Position numbers and translations under genes: made by a program. Shown here piece by piece: positions 39,066 through 49,097 of a stretch of DNA of 64,000 bases (position 1 is the stretch's first letter; each line of letters begins with the position of its first letter). A model generated the notes under the pieces. The model was not told where the DNA came from, did not search any database, and worked only from the letters and a program-made list of their open reading frames with translations. Source of the stretch: a virus; the IMG/VR virus record IMGVR_UViG_3300030109_006070, positions 1-64,000 of that record. One strand, given 5' to 3'.

Positions 39066-39799
39066 TGAAAAAAGTAACTTATATTTTAAACACTTGGCAA
39101 CGCCCCCATACTTTGAACGACCAAGTAAAAGCCATATCCAAACAAACAGTAAAATGTAATGAACTTATGATTTGGCAAAATATGCCAGAAAAAAAAGAAA
39201 ACTCTTTTATAATTCAAGGCGAAGAAAATAACTTAAAAGTTTCTCATAACAATTATAATTATGGAGTTTGGGCTAGATTTGCCTTCGCTCTTAATGCTAA
39301 ATCAGACTACATCTGCTTGTTAGATGATGACACAATCCCAGGACACAAATGGTCAGAGAATTGTATTGAGTCTATAGAAAAAGAAGACGGTTTATATGGA
39401 ACAGTAGGAGTAATTTTTAATGATAAAAAATATAAAGATTTTGAAAGGCATGGCTGGCCAAATCCAAACGAAGAAAAAAAACAAGTCGACATTGTGGGAC
39501 ACGCTTGGTTCTTCCACAGAGACTTATTAAGCGCTTTTTGGAGAGAAGTCAGCCCCCCCGTTAACAATATTTGCGGAGAAGATGTTCATTTTTCTTATTC
39601 AATCCAAAAATACTTAGGTCTTAATACATATGTACCACCTCACCCAAAAGACCGTTTATCTCTATGGGGTAGCCAACCTAAATCTGCTATGCAATATGGC
39701 GTGGATAATAACGCTATTTCCGTAAACTCTGACGGGATTGAATTTGGAGAATCTTTGACCCATTATTGCGACAAAGGATTTAAATTACTAAACGTATAA
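39065..39799 (+). CDS. GT-A/GT2-like glycosyltransferase
   Basis: LLDDDTIPG DxD motif, GEDVHFS. Confidence 0.8.
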   Translation: MKKVTYILNTWQRPHTLNDQVKAISKQTVKCNELMIWQNMPEKKENSFIIQGEENNLKVSHNNYNYGVWARFAFALNAKSDYICLLDDDTIPGHKWSENCIESIEKEDGLYGTVGVIFNDKKYKDFERHGWPNPNEEKKQVDIVGHAWFFHRDLLSAFWREVSPPVNNICGEDVHFSYSIQKYLGLNTYVPPHPKDRLSLWGSQPKSAMQYGVDNNAISVNSDGIEFGESLTHYCDKGFKLLNV

Positions 39800-40785
39800 T
39801 GAAAATTTTATTGTGTTTTGGGACTAGACCTGAATGGTTAAAAATAAAGCCACTCACTAAAGTTTTAGATAATTACCAACTTCTTTTTACTGGTCAGCAC
39901 ACAGATCTTTTAAAAGATGTAAAAGCCGACTATATTATCGAACAAAGCGATATCGGCAATAGGCTAGACCAAATCGTAGTGAGTTGTCTTGGTCAATTTC
40001 CTGCTGGGGATTTTGATTCTGTTTTAGTCCAAGGTGATACCGCTTCTGCTTTTGCTTGCGCTTTAGCCGCTTTTCATAGAGGTAAAAAAGTTTATTATCT
40101 AGAGGCTGGCCTTAGAACTTATAATCTTGATCACCCTTATCCAGAAGAAGGGTATAGACAAATGATATCGAGAATATCAGATGTTAATTTGTGTCCGACT
40201 ACCCTATCCAAAGACAATCTGCTGCATGAACTAGTAAAAGGAGAATCTCATGTGGTCGGAAACACAGTGTTGGATAATTTATTACCCTACAAAGAAAAGT
40301 GCGAATATCACAATAAGGTTCTTGTCACTTTGCACAGAAGAGAAAATCATAAACTTATTGATAGCTGGTTTAAACAGGTTAATTTGCTTGCTAAAAACAA
40401 CACGGATTTAGAATTTTTGTTACCACTACACCCTAACCCTAATGTTAAAAAACATAAACATTTATTAACTGACGTTAATGTTTTAGAACCCTTATCTCAC
40501 CCTATGCTTTTAGATATTTTAGCTAAATGTAAATTAGTTATTAGCGATAGCGGTGGGATACAAGAAGAGGGCAGCTTTTTAAACAAAAAGATTATAGTTT
40601 GTAGAGAAACAACAGAAAGGCCTGAAGGCAAAAAATCTGGGCATATCTTTATTTGTAAAAAACCCGAGAGGCTACATGGAATTTTCAATATCCTAAAATA
40701 TAATTACGAAATCGAAGAAGAGTGCCCATACGGAGACGGTTACTCTTCTTTAAAAATACTTAAATTACTCAATGAAGGACTTTAG
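39799..40785 (+). CDS. wecB: UDP-N-acetylglucosamine 2-epimerase (non-hydrolysing)
   Basis: GTRPE, TGQH, VQGDT, EAGLRT, PEE, TLHRREN, SDSGGIQEE, TERPEG, PYGDG. Confidence 0.95.
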   Translation: MKILLCFGTRPEWLKIKPLTKVLDNYQLLFTGQHTDLLKDVKADYIIEQSDIGNRLDQIVVSCLGQFPAGDFDSVLVQGDTASAFACALAAFHRGKKVYYLEAGLRTYNLDHPYPEEGYRQMISRISDVNLCPTTLSKDNLLHELVKGESHVVGNTVLDNLLPYKEKCEYHNKVLVTLHRRENHKLIDSWFKQVNLLAKNNTDLEFLLPLHPNPNVKKHKHLLTDVNVLEPLSHPMLLDILAKCKLVISDSGGIQEEGSFLNKKIIVCRETTERPEGKKSGHIFICKKPERLHGIFNILKYNYEIEEECPYGDGYSSLKILKLLNEGL

Positions 40786-42013
40786 AGAAGACATATCTAA
40801 TATTTATAAAAGGCTTAAAGAAAAAAAACCTTTTGCTTTTTCTAAATATGCAGACGGTGAGTACAAAATTCTAGTTAATGAACCAATAACTAATTGTGAC
40901 AATTGGACCTTTTGCCCCGAAACGCATAAGGCAGAGCAATCTCTTCTTTTAGAGTCTTTTAAATATAAACATCCTGATTATGTGGTCGGAATAAGCTGTC
41001 CATGCTGTCAACCAGTTGAGCATGTTGATTGGATGAAAAAAACTGCTCGGGCTAAAAATTTAACTTGGGCGAATTTATTTGTTAATAGCAACTACGATTT
41101 TTTTACTAGAGAAATTATTCCTCTTTTTTCTTCTTGGGATAAAGAAGTTTTTCTTTTTGCTAACGAAGAAGGCCTCGGCAAAGATTTGCCTTTTAATGTA
41201 AGTAAATATTTTCCCCTCAACATGAAAGCTTGGCAAGAGCCATTTCTTTCTCATTGGATAGAGATAGGAGAGAAAAGAGCGAAAAACACAGAAGGAGCAC
41301 TTTTTTTATTTTCAGGAGGCCCTCTTGGAAACATTTTAAGCTATAAACTGCATCAAGCAAACCCGTTAAACACTTACATAGACATAGGCTCTACGATAAG
41401 CCCTTGGATAGTTGGGAGCAATAGAGATTATCATCATGGAGGCGCATCTAGAAATCAAAAATGCACATGGAGCCAAAAAGCAGATTTAGATTTTTCTGTT
41501 TTTAAGGGTGGGTGGTCCTACATGGCTGAAGAGATGAATAACGCGGTTTCTTTACTCCCTAAACAAAAGTCTTTAGATGTTATGGAGTTTGGGTGCGGCG
41601 ATAGTTCTATTAAGTTATTTAACTTGCTGAATAATAAATGGGATGTTCGATACGAAGCTTTTGAATCTAATTCAAATTACATTATTGATAACTCAAAAAT
41701 TAACTGCACTCATTATAACGAAGCAGAAATTGAGAGTTTAGATATTGGAAATAAAAAATACGACTTTATACTAATTGATGGCCCGAATGGAGTTTTACGC
41801 AAACATTGGTATTCTAAAATTACCAACAATGTCAAAAGAGGCACTATTATTCTAATAGATGATTGGTGTCATTTCGAAGAATTTGAGGAGGCGCTTGTTA
41901 ATGATTTTGGATCTAAAATTAAATATGAAGTTATAGAAACGAGAAAAGAATTTGACATAAATTCAGCGCCGCATTTAGGATACAAAAGTTGGAAAATAGT
42001 AAAAGTTTTATGA
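40772..42013 (+). CDS. GT-D-fold-like glycosyltransferase fused to a SAM methyltransferase
   Basis: FSKYADGE and IDIGS in the N-part; MEFGCGDSS, LIDGP, ILIDD in the C-part. Confidence 0.65.
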   Translation: MKDFREDISNIYKRLKEKKPFAFSKYADGEYKILVNEPITNCDNWTFCPETHKAEQSLLLESFKYKHPDYVVGISCPCCQPVEHVDWMKKTARAKNLTWANLFVNSNYDFFTREIIPLFSSWDKEVFLFANEEGLGKDLPFNVSKYFPLNMKAWQEPFLSHWIEIGEKRAKNTEGALFLFSGGPLGNILSYKLHQANPLNTYIDIGSTISPWIVGSNRDYHHGGASRNQKCTWSQKADLDFSVFKGGWSYMAEEMNNAVSLLPKQKSLDVMEFGCGDSSIKLFNLLNNKWDVRYEAFESNSNYIIDNSKINCTHYNEAEIESLDIGNKKYDFILIDGPNGVLRKHWYSKITNNVKRGTIILIDDWCHFEEFEEALVNDFGSKIKYEVIETRKEFDINSAPHLGYKSWKIVKVL

Positions 42014-42696
42014 TTACGAATACGGTTTACTCCCACAGTTCTTATTTTGATGTCTTAGAAATTTTCTTGGATCGGTGGAATTTATTTTATGGTGAAGATA
42101 TAACTGTCTTCGCAGATAAAAAGTATAAAGACTACGACACTATTATCTATGATGATAAGTTAAGCTATACAGAAAGATTGATACAGTGTCTAGAAAACAC
42201 AGACTGCGATATATTGCTCTATCAACACGAAGATATGTTTTTGTATAAGGAGCCTAATTCTAAAAAACTAAAAGATTATGAAAAAATATTAACTGATAGC
42301 AACAATTCTTTTATTAGACTAACTAAAGCTGGAGCTTGTAATTTTTCGAAAAGCCATTTATGCGAAACCTTATTAAATATTTCTAAAGATTCAAAAAATT
42401 TTTTTGCTGTTCAATCGGCACTTTGGAAAAAAGTTGATTTAATTAAATTTTTAAAAGAAGCGGGGTCTTTAAGCATATGGGATCTTGAGTGGACATCTCC
42501 TCAAATAAATACAAAAGCATCTTTGTTTGGTTTGTCTCATTTCGATAATGAGCCTCCAAGGGGAGGGCACTTTGACTCAAACGTATGGCCTTATATTGCC
42601 ACAGCTATAAATAAAGGAAAATGGAATTTTGGAGAATATGAAAAAGAGTTTTCTGAAATAGATAAAGTTTTAATCAACAAAAGGCCAAGATATTAA
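42010..42696 (+). CDS. putative GT-A glycosyltransferase
   Basis: YTERL..CL, LYQHEDMFL, SIWDLE, AINKGKW; located in the glycan cluster. Confidence 0.55.
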   Translation: MITNTVYSHSSYFDVLEIFLDRWNLFYGEDITVFADKKYKDYDTIIYDDKLSYTERLIQCLENTDCDILLYQHEDMFLYKEPNSKKLKDYEKILTDSNNSFIRLTKAGACNFSKSHLCETLLNISKDSKNFFAVQSALWKKVDLIKFLKEAGSLSIWDLEWTSPQINTKASLFGLSHFDNEPPRGGHFDSNVWPYIATAINKGKWNFGEYEKEFSEIDKVLINKRPRY

Positions 42697-42697
42697 G

Positions 42698-43294
42698 ATG
42701 GAAGAGTGGTGTATTGTTGTTCAGGGTCCATCTGATTCTGTGTCAGAAATAAAAAGGTCAACCGAAGGTTATAAAACCATATTTTCTACATGGGTGGGTG
42801 ACGAGCCTAAGTATTCTAAAGACGACGATGTAATTTTTAATGAAAAACCCAAGGAGGTAGGAATCGGGAATTTGTATTATCAGCAGACATCGACAATGAA
42901 CGGTTTGCTAAAAGCGCAAAAGTTAGGTTTTAAAAATGTTTTTAAAACAAGAAGTGATTTTATACCTACGAACATAAATGAACTTATTAAGGGCTTTACC
43001 CATAAATTAAATTTATTCTTTTGGCACAATTATACTGGCGGTTATATTTGTGATTATTTTATGGCTGGAGAAACAGACTTAATGATAAAGTTGTGGAAAA
43101 AAAAGAGTGATGAAGGTTATAACTTCGCAGAACGCATGATAACCGAAAATTTCTTTGAAATGGGATTAAAAGAAGAAGACTTCGAATTTTATTTAAACAA
43201 ACTCAATGAAAAAAATGACATTTTCTGGACAAAATACGATAAATTTCTATCATCCTATAAGTCAGACGAGCTAGCTCTTGATTTTATAAAATGA
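42698..43294 (+). CDS. WavE-like lipopolysaccharide synthesis protein
   Basis: IVVQGP, IFSTW, N..YQ..ST.NGL, KTRSD. Confidence 0.7.
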   Translation: MEEWCIVVQGPSDSVSEIKRSTEGYKTIFSTWVGDEPKYSKDDDVIFNEKPKEVGIGNLYYQQTSTMNGLLKAQKLGFKNVFKTRSDFIPTNINELIKGFTHKLNLFFWHNYTGGYICDYFMAGETDLMIKLWKKKSDEGYNFAERMITENFFEMGLKEEDFEFYLNKLNEKNDIFWTKYDKFLSSYKSDELALDFIK

Positions 43295-44019
43295 ACAATA
43301 ATTACAACAAAGACGCATTTTCTTCAAATTCGGAAAGAAGATATAGCAACTGGGAAGGAACAGTGTTAAGCTATACTTTTGATTTTGTTAAAAAAATTGA
43401 GAACAAAATAGATCTAGAAAAAGTCAACCATGTTTTAGATATTGGCTCCAGAGACGCTTGTCAAAGCTTAGAGCTATCTGACTGGTTCCCGAATTCTACG
43501 GTTCATTGTTTTGAACCAGTTCCAGAAACTGCTGCTTGGTGTAAAAACAATATTAAAGATAGAAAAAATATTCTTTTTTATGAAAAAGCAATTGGTTCTA
43601 TTGACGGCAGCGTTAAGTTCCACAAAGTGGTCAATGGAAATATAGGAGCCAGCTCTCTATATCGCACTAATAACGAGCATCACCATGCGCGAACTTGGGC
43701 ACAAGAAGAAATTGAAGTTGAGTGTATTAGGGGAGATTCCTTTATAAAAGAAAACGCAATAAACCAAATTGATTTAATATGGATGGATGTACAAGGAGCG
43801 GAAATAGAAGTCTTAAACAGTTTTGGGAGCGACTTAGAAAACATTAAAGCTATTCATTCTGAAGTCGGATTGGGGAAAATATATGAAAAGTCGACTGTAA
43901 AAAATGAATTAATAAACTTTATGGAAGACAAAGGGTTTGTAGTCGAATGTTGCCTGTCGAATGCTTTAGGGATTGAAGAAGATATTGTCTTTGTAAATAA
44001 AAAATTTATTTTAAAATGA
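43291..44019 (+). CDS. FkbM-family methyltransferase
   Basis: LDIGS, FEPVP, IDLIWMDVQGAE. Confidence 0.9.
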   Translation: MNNNYNKDAFSSNSERRYSNWEGTVLSYTFDFVKKIENKIDLEKVNHVLDIGSRDACQSLELSDWFPNSTVHCFEPVPETAAWCKNNIKDRKNILFYEKAIGSIDGSVKFHKVVNGNIGASSLYRTNNEHHHARTWAQEEIEVECIRGDSFIKENAINQIDLIWMDVQGAEIEVLNSFGSDLENIKAIHSEVGLGKIYEKSTVKNELINFMEDKGFVVECCLSNALGIEEDIVFVNKKFILK

Positions 44020-44774
44020 AAATTGCTTTTTGTATATCAGGGTTATTTAAACCCAGCACCACACATTCCGCAGCGTATGAAAATAAATTTGCATATTTAA
44101 CTGAAAAGATAAAAGAATACAAGGCTGATACCTTTATATATTCTTTCTCTAAAGAAATCGAATCTGAAGTTGTTAACATCTTTGAACCAAAAGATTTTAA
44201 GTTCGAAGTACAGAAAGAATTTGAAGATAAAGTAGCCAATATAAATAGCATATTAGACAAAGGCACCGCGAAAAGAGTCTTTAGTATGTTTTATTCCAGA
44301 AAAAAGGTTTGCGAATTAAGAAAAAAGTTTGAAAAAGAAAATAAAACAAACTACGATGTGGTTGTTTTGTGCAGACCAGATTTAGGTTATGTATCTACCG
44401 AAAATTTTAAAATTCCAAATTTACATGAAATAGACGCTGATTATCTATATTCGATGTATTGGAATCAATTCAACGCAGGAATGCCAGATTGGTTTTTCAT
44501 TTCTAACCCTCAAAATATTGATTTTTTGTCGAGAATTTATGACAAGCTCCCATTATATTTAAAACATAACAGTGACTATAAAAAATCTATCACTAGTGGA
44601 TTTCCATACAGCAATTCAGAAAACAGATTTTCTCAAGAAATATTCAATAAATCTCCTCGGCATTCTGAAAAAATAGACGAAATATACATGTTAAACCAGC
44701 ATGTTTTGTTGAAATATTATTTATTAGAGAATGATAAATTTTCTTTAGACTTTTTAAAATTCTCTGACCATTGA
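44016..44774 (+). CDS. putative glycosyltransferase
   Basis: KIAFCISG, SMFYS, YDVVVLCRPDL, DWFF pattern typical of glycan-cluster proteins. Confidence 0.6.
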   Translation: MKIAFCISGLFKPSTTHSAAYENKFAYLTEKIKEYKADTFIYSFSKEIESEVVNIFEPKDFKFEVQKEFEDKVANINSILDKGTAKRVFSMFYSRKKVCELRKKFEKENKTNYDVVVLCRPDLGYVSTENFKIPNLHEIDADYLYSMYWNQFNAGMPDWFFISNPQNIDFLSRIYDKLPLYLKHNSDYKKSITSGFPYSNSENRFSQEIFNKSPRHSEKIDEIYMLNQHVLLKYYLLENDKFSLDFLKFSDH

Positions 44775-44775
44775 C

Positions 44776-45489
44776 ATGGATGACAAAATAACATTAAAAA
44801 ACATTGAGCTATCTAAAGTGTCTCAAGATTTATACGATGCCTTCAATAGCTTTATCTTGAGTGATGATACAAGACTATTCAATAAGCTTGTTTCAAGAGC
44901 CTTGTTATATAATGAAGTTAAGGATATCCCAGGAGATATAGTGGAATGCGGTGTTTTTAAAGGGACGGGCATGTATACATTTTTAAAACTAAAAAATATA
45001 TTCAACCCTAATTCATCAAAAAAAGTTTTAGGATTTGATTTCTTTAATACTAAAGAATTAATGGACTCTATTTCTGACGAAACAGACAAAAATACAATGG
45101 ATGTTTTATTCTCTGAAAGAGCCTTCGAACACAAAGTTTCATTTAAAGAAAATCTCGCTAATCAAATACGCAATCATAAATTTACAGACTCTGACTTTAT
45201 GTTAGTAGAAGGAGATATTTCTTCAACTACAAAAGAATTTTCAGAAAAAAATCCTGGGTTTAAGATATCTCTCTTATACATGGATGTTGATTTAGAGACC
45301 CCCACTTATAATGCCTTGAATAACCTTTGGGACAATATGACAAAAGGAGGATTAATTGTTTTTGATGAATACGGCTATCATAAATGGAGTGAGTCAAAAG
45401 GTGTTGATAAGTTTATTAAAGAAAAAAATTTAGACATAAAGTCTTTAAATTGTTTGTGTCCGACAGCTTATATAAAAAAACATGATTGA
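44776..45489 (+). CDS. TylF/MycF-family sugar O-methyltransferase
   Basis: GDIVECGVFKG, GFDFF, YMDVDL, GGLIVFDEY. Confidence 0.9.
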   Translation: MDDKITLKNIELSKVSQDLYDAFNSFILSDDTRLFNKLVSRALLYNEVKDIPGDIVECGVFKGTGMYTFLKLKNIFNPNSSKKVLGFDFFNTKELMDSISDETDKNTMDVLFSERAFEHKVSFKENLANQIRNHKFTDSDFMLVEGDISSTTKEFSEKNPGFKISLLYMDVDLETPTYNALNNLWDNMTKGGLIVFDEYGYHKWSESKGVDKFIKEKNLDIKSLNCLCPTAYIKKHD

Positions 45490-46840
45490 TTTTGTTATAT
45501 TTGATTTAGATGGAGTGTTGGTAGAGACCAAACACATTCATTTTGATGCTTTAAATAAAGCTCTGGCCGAAATTGATCCAAAATTTTGCATAAGCAAATC
45601 AGACCATTTGAATATCTTCGACGGTTTAAAAACCCGAGATAAGTTAAACATTTTAAGCGACTCTTTTGGCTTGCCACCACACACTCACGATAATATATGG
45701 CAAACCAAACAAAAAATTACTTCTGAAAAATTTTCCACTATCAAACCTGATTTAAAATTAATTGAGGCTTTTAATTGGTTGCGCTCTCGTAATATAAAGA
45801 TGGCGTGTTGCTCGAACGCCATCCGAAAATCTGTTTACGGAATGCTTTGTCGCGCTGGCTTAATTGAATTCTTTGATTATATCTTATCCAATGAAGATGT
45901 AGAAAATTCAAAACCTCACCCTCAAATGTATTGGGAGGCTATGTCGGCTTTTAAGGCCAACCCAGAAAATACATTAATTATTGAAGATTCTCCTAATGGC
46001 CTGTTAGCCGCTCAACGTAGTGGCGCTAATGTCTGGAGAGTAAAAAGCCCACAAGAAATAACAATAAAAACTTTAACATCGCAGTTAAGCGGTAACAAAA
46101 AACTTATGACTACTCGTTGGCAAGATTCAAATTTAAACGTCTTAATCCCTATGGCGGGTGCGGGTAGCAGGTTCCAAGCCGCAGGATATACCTTCCCGAA
46201 GCCATTAATAGAAGTCAGAGGTCAGCCGATGATTCAAACAGTTGTGGAAAACCTTAATTGTGAAAGCCCTCATACTTTTATTGTCCAAAAATCTCATCGT
46301 AACAAATATAATTTAGACACTCTTCTAAATTTAATTTCTCCCGATTGCCATATTATAGAAGCAGACGGGATAACCGAAGGAGCGGCTTGCACTACACTGT
46401 TAAGTAAAGATGTCATCAATAACGATCAACCTCTTTTGATCGCTAATTCAGATCAATACGTAGATTGGGATGCTAGCGAATTTTTGTATAAAATGCAGGA
46501 ACAAGATGCTGACGCTGGAATCCTTACCTTTAAATCAACCCACCCCAAATGGTCTTTTGCTAAAGTTGACGATAACGGTAGCGTCACTGAAGTAGCGGAG
46601 AAAAATCCTATCTCTGATATAGCTACAGTTGGCATCTATTACTGGAAAAAAGGTTCTGATTATGTAAAATATACAGAGCAAATGATAGAAAAAAACATAA
46701 GACATAACAATGAGTTCTATGTATGCCCTGTTTTTAATGAGGCTATTAAAGACGGTAAAGTAGTTAAAACCTTTAATATAGAAAAGATGTGGGGTTTAGG
46801 AACCCCCGAAGATTTAGATTTTTTCTTAAAAAGCAATTAA
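45482..46840 (+). CDS. HAD phosphatase fused to a sugar-phosphate nucleotidyltransferase
   Basis: FDLDGVL, SKPHP, IEDS; IPMAGAGSRF..PKPLI, GAACT, NSDQ, NEFYV.P, LGTPEDL. Confidence 0.9.
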   Translation: MIDFVIFDLDGVLVETKHIHFDALNKALAEIDPKFCISKSDHLNIFDGLKTRDKLNILSDSFGLPPHTHDNIWQTKQKITSEKFSTIKPDLKLIEAFNWLRSRNIKMACCSNAIRKSVYGMLCRAGLIEFFDYILSNEDVENSKPHPQMYWEAMSAFKANPENTLIIEDSPNGLLAAQRSGANVWRVKSPQEITIKTLTSQLSGNKKLMTTRWQDSNLNVLIPMAGAGSRFQAAGYTFPKPLIEVRGQPMIQTVVENLNCESPHTFIVQKSHRNKYNLDTLLNLISPDCHIIEADGITEGAACTTLLSKDVINNDQPLLIANSDQYVDWDASEFLYKMQEQDADAGILTFKSTHPKWSFAKVDDNGSVTEVAEKNPISDIATVGIYYWKKGSDYVKYTEQMIEKNIRHNNEFYVCPVFNEAIKDGKVVKTFNIEKMWGLGTPEDLDFFLKSN

Positions 46841-46844
46841 ATTT

Positions 46845-47561
46845 ATGACATTCTTAATTCCTTGCGCTGGTTTAGGCGCTAGATTCCATTCTAAAATCCC
46901 CAAGCCTCTTATTGAGGTTCTAGATGGTCGCCCGATGCTTGAGCTTGTATTAGAAAACTTAAGACAGCGAGAGGATGATCGGTTTATCTGCTGTATTCTC
47001 AAAGAACATGATTTAAAATTTAATCTTTCTCAAGAAATTAAAAAGTTTGCTCCTTATGTAGACATTTGCGTTGTAGAAAAACTAAAAGATGGCCCAGCTT
47101 CTACTTGTTATGAGGCGAAAGATCTAGTAGATCAGGACGATGAATTAATCATTATAAACTGCGATCAAATTATCGAAGATTTTAATATCGAGGCGTTTTT
47201 AAGATTTGCTCATTCACACGATTATGACGGCGTTTTAGGAACATTCTTTTCTCGCTCTCCTAAAAACAGTTATGTTAAATTAAACGATGACGGCCTTGTC
47301 GTCGAAGCTCAAGAGAAAAAAGTATTGAGCGAATACGCGACAAATGGGCTACATTATTGGAAGAAAACTTCCTATTTCTTTGATTCTTATCGTGTTATGG
47401 TCGAAAAAAACGCTCGCACTTTAAATGAATTTTATGTAGCTCCTTCATATAATTATTTAATTAATGATGGAAAAAGAATTGGAGCTTATCACTTTAACGA
47501 GCATTATCCAATTGGAATACCAAGTGATTTAAATTATTATAAAAACTTTAAAACAAAATGA
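46845..47561 (+). CDS. second sugar-phosphate nucleotidyltransferase
   Basis: IPCAGLGARF..PKPLI, GPAST, NCDQ, NEFYVAP, IGIPSDL. Confidence 0.88.
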   Translation: MTFLIPCAGLGARFHSKIPKPLIEVLDGRPMLELVLENLRQREDDRFICCILKEHDLKFNLSQEIKKFAPYVDICVVEKLKDGPASTCYEAKDLVDQDDELIIINCDQIIEDFNIEAFLRFAHSHDYDGVLGTFFSRSPKNSYVKLNDDGLVVEAQEKKVLSEYATNGLHYWKKTSYFFDSYRVMVEKNARTLNEFYVAPSYNYLINDGKRIGAYHFNEHYPIGIPSDLNYYKNFKTK

Positions 47562-48760
47562 AAAGCTTATTTAGAGACAAAGTGGACGAAAACAAATATT
47601 ACATCGCCACCTATCACCTTAAGTCCTCTCCTTCTTCGACTTTACGCGAAGCTGCATTTAATTTGGCAGTAGGCCAATCGATTGGAAACCCTGCGAAACG
47701 AGCAGAAATGGAAACGGAAGAAATGTTTGAAAATCATGCTTGTATTGTTTTAGCTGATGAATCCGAACTAGAAAAGAAAGTGGAAGGTGATGTTTCTATT
47801 GCATTCCCTGAAGCAAATATTGATTTTGCCACAGACGGTATTTCTCAATTACTTGTGCAAACAATGGGGGGGCAGATGGATATTGACGTAATCGAAAAAT
47901 GTAGGATGCTTGATATTAAATTTACACCTACTATGCTATCGTGCCTTAAGGGTCCAATTATTGGACTTAAAGAAATTAAAGAGCACTGCAAAATTCCTGA
48001 TGATCAGGTAATTTTAGGAGGAATTACTAAGCCTAAAATTGGTCTTACTCCTGAATTACATTTAGAGCTAGTGAAAAGACTTGTCGATGGAGGTTGTAAC
48101 TTTATTAAAGAAGATGAAATCTTATCGGGAGCTGCTCACTGCCCACTAGAAAAAAGAGTTGAGCTAGTATCTAACTATTTAGCGAATTGCGGATCTCCTG
48201 TATTTTATTGTGTTTCCATCCATTCAGACCCCGCTTATTTGCTTAAGCGTGTCCAACAAGTATATGACTTAGGAGGTAACGGAATTCATGTAAATTTTCA
48301 TTGCGGCCTCGGAGCTTATAAATCGATAAGGGAGACTGAATTACCTCTTTTGATGCATTACCAAAAAAGCGGAGATAGAGTATTAAACCATCATTCTCAT
48401 CGCTACAGCATTGAACCCTCTTTGATGTTTAAGCTTGTTTCGTTATCTGGCTGCGGAACCCTTCACGCAGGTATGATTGGAGGCTATCTTGAAAGCGGAG
48501 ATGAAGAAGTTAAAAATATAATGTCAATTCTTAACTCTCAAAATTCAGTTCCAGCTTTGAGCTGTGGTATGCACCCAGGTTTAGTTAAACATATCCAAAA
48601 AACTGTAGGCCATGCTAACTGGATGGCCAATGTTGGAGGAGCAATAACTTCGCACCCTATGGGGACTGCCGCAGGAGCAAGAGCAATGAAACAAGCAATA
48701 ACAGAAGATTACGGCAAAGAGTTTGGTGTCGCAGCCACGAAATGGGGAATTGAAATGTGA
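47558..48760 (+). CDS. RuBisCO-like protein (form IV)
   Basis: TKPKIGL, FIKEDE, LHAG, SCGMHP, GGAITSHPMG; positions equivalent to E60, H294 and K334 appear substituted. Confidence 0.92.
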   Translation: MKSLFRDKVDENKYYIATYHLKSSPSSTLREAAFNLAVGQSIGNPAKRAEMETEEMFENHACIVLADESELEKKVEGDVSIAFPEANIDFATDGISQLLVQTMGGQMDIDVIEKCRMLDIKFTPTMLSCLKGPIIGLKEIKEHCKIPDDQVILGGITKPKIGLTPELHLELVKRLVDGGCNFIKEDEILSGAAHCPLEKRVELVSNYLANCGSPVFYCVSIHSDPAYLLKRVQQVYDLGGNGIHVNFHCGLGAYKSIRETELPLLMHYQKSGDRVLNHHSHRYSIEPSLMFKLVSLSGCGTLHAGMIGGYLESGDEEVKNIMSILNSQNSVPALSCGMHPGLVKHIQKTVGHANWMANVGGAITSHPMGTAAGARAMKQAITEDYGKEFGVAATKWGIEM

Positions 48761-48773
48761 GGTTAATATAATT

Positions 48774-49097
48774 ATGAAACTTTTAGATATAGAAGAAATG
48801 AAAGGGGGCTGGTTTGTCGGAGACTTTGATCCCAGCGCTTATAAAACAAAAGATTTTGAGGTAGGATATAAATTCCACAAAAAGGGCGAGCCTTGGGATA
48901 AGCACTATCATGAAAAATGCACTGAAATTAATTTTTTGATGAAAGGGGTGATGAAGATGCGCGGTCAAATCTTAAAGAGTGGCCAAATATTCATCATGGA
49001 ACCTTTTGAGGTAGCTGATCCCGAGTTCATCGAAGATTGTCATGTAGTTGTTGTCAAAACTAATAGTGAAAAAGGAGACAAAATTTGTGTCGAATGA
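48774..49097 (+). CDS. cupin-fold protein (possible sugar isomerase/epimerase)
   Basis: GWFVGDF, HYH...EIN, VVVKT....DK. Confidence 0.75.
   Translation: MKLLDIEEMKGGWFVGDFDPSAYKTKDFEVGYKFHKKGEPWDKHYHEKCTEINFLMKGVMKMRGQILKSGQIFIMEPFEVADPEFIEDCHVVVVKTNSEKGDKICVE

Noticed and set aside
47558-48760. Carbon-fixing RuBisCO auxiliary metabolic gene
   Set aside because: K334, H294 and E60 equivalents appear substituted; no small subunit or phosphoribulokinase nearby
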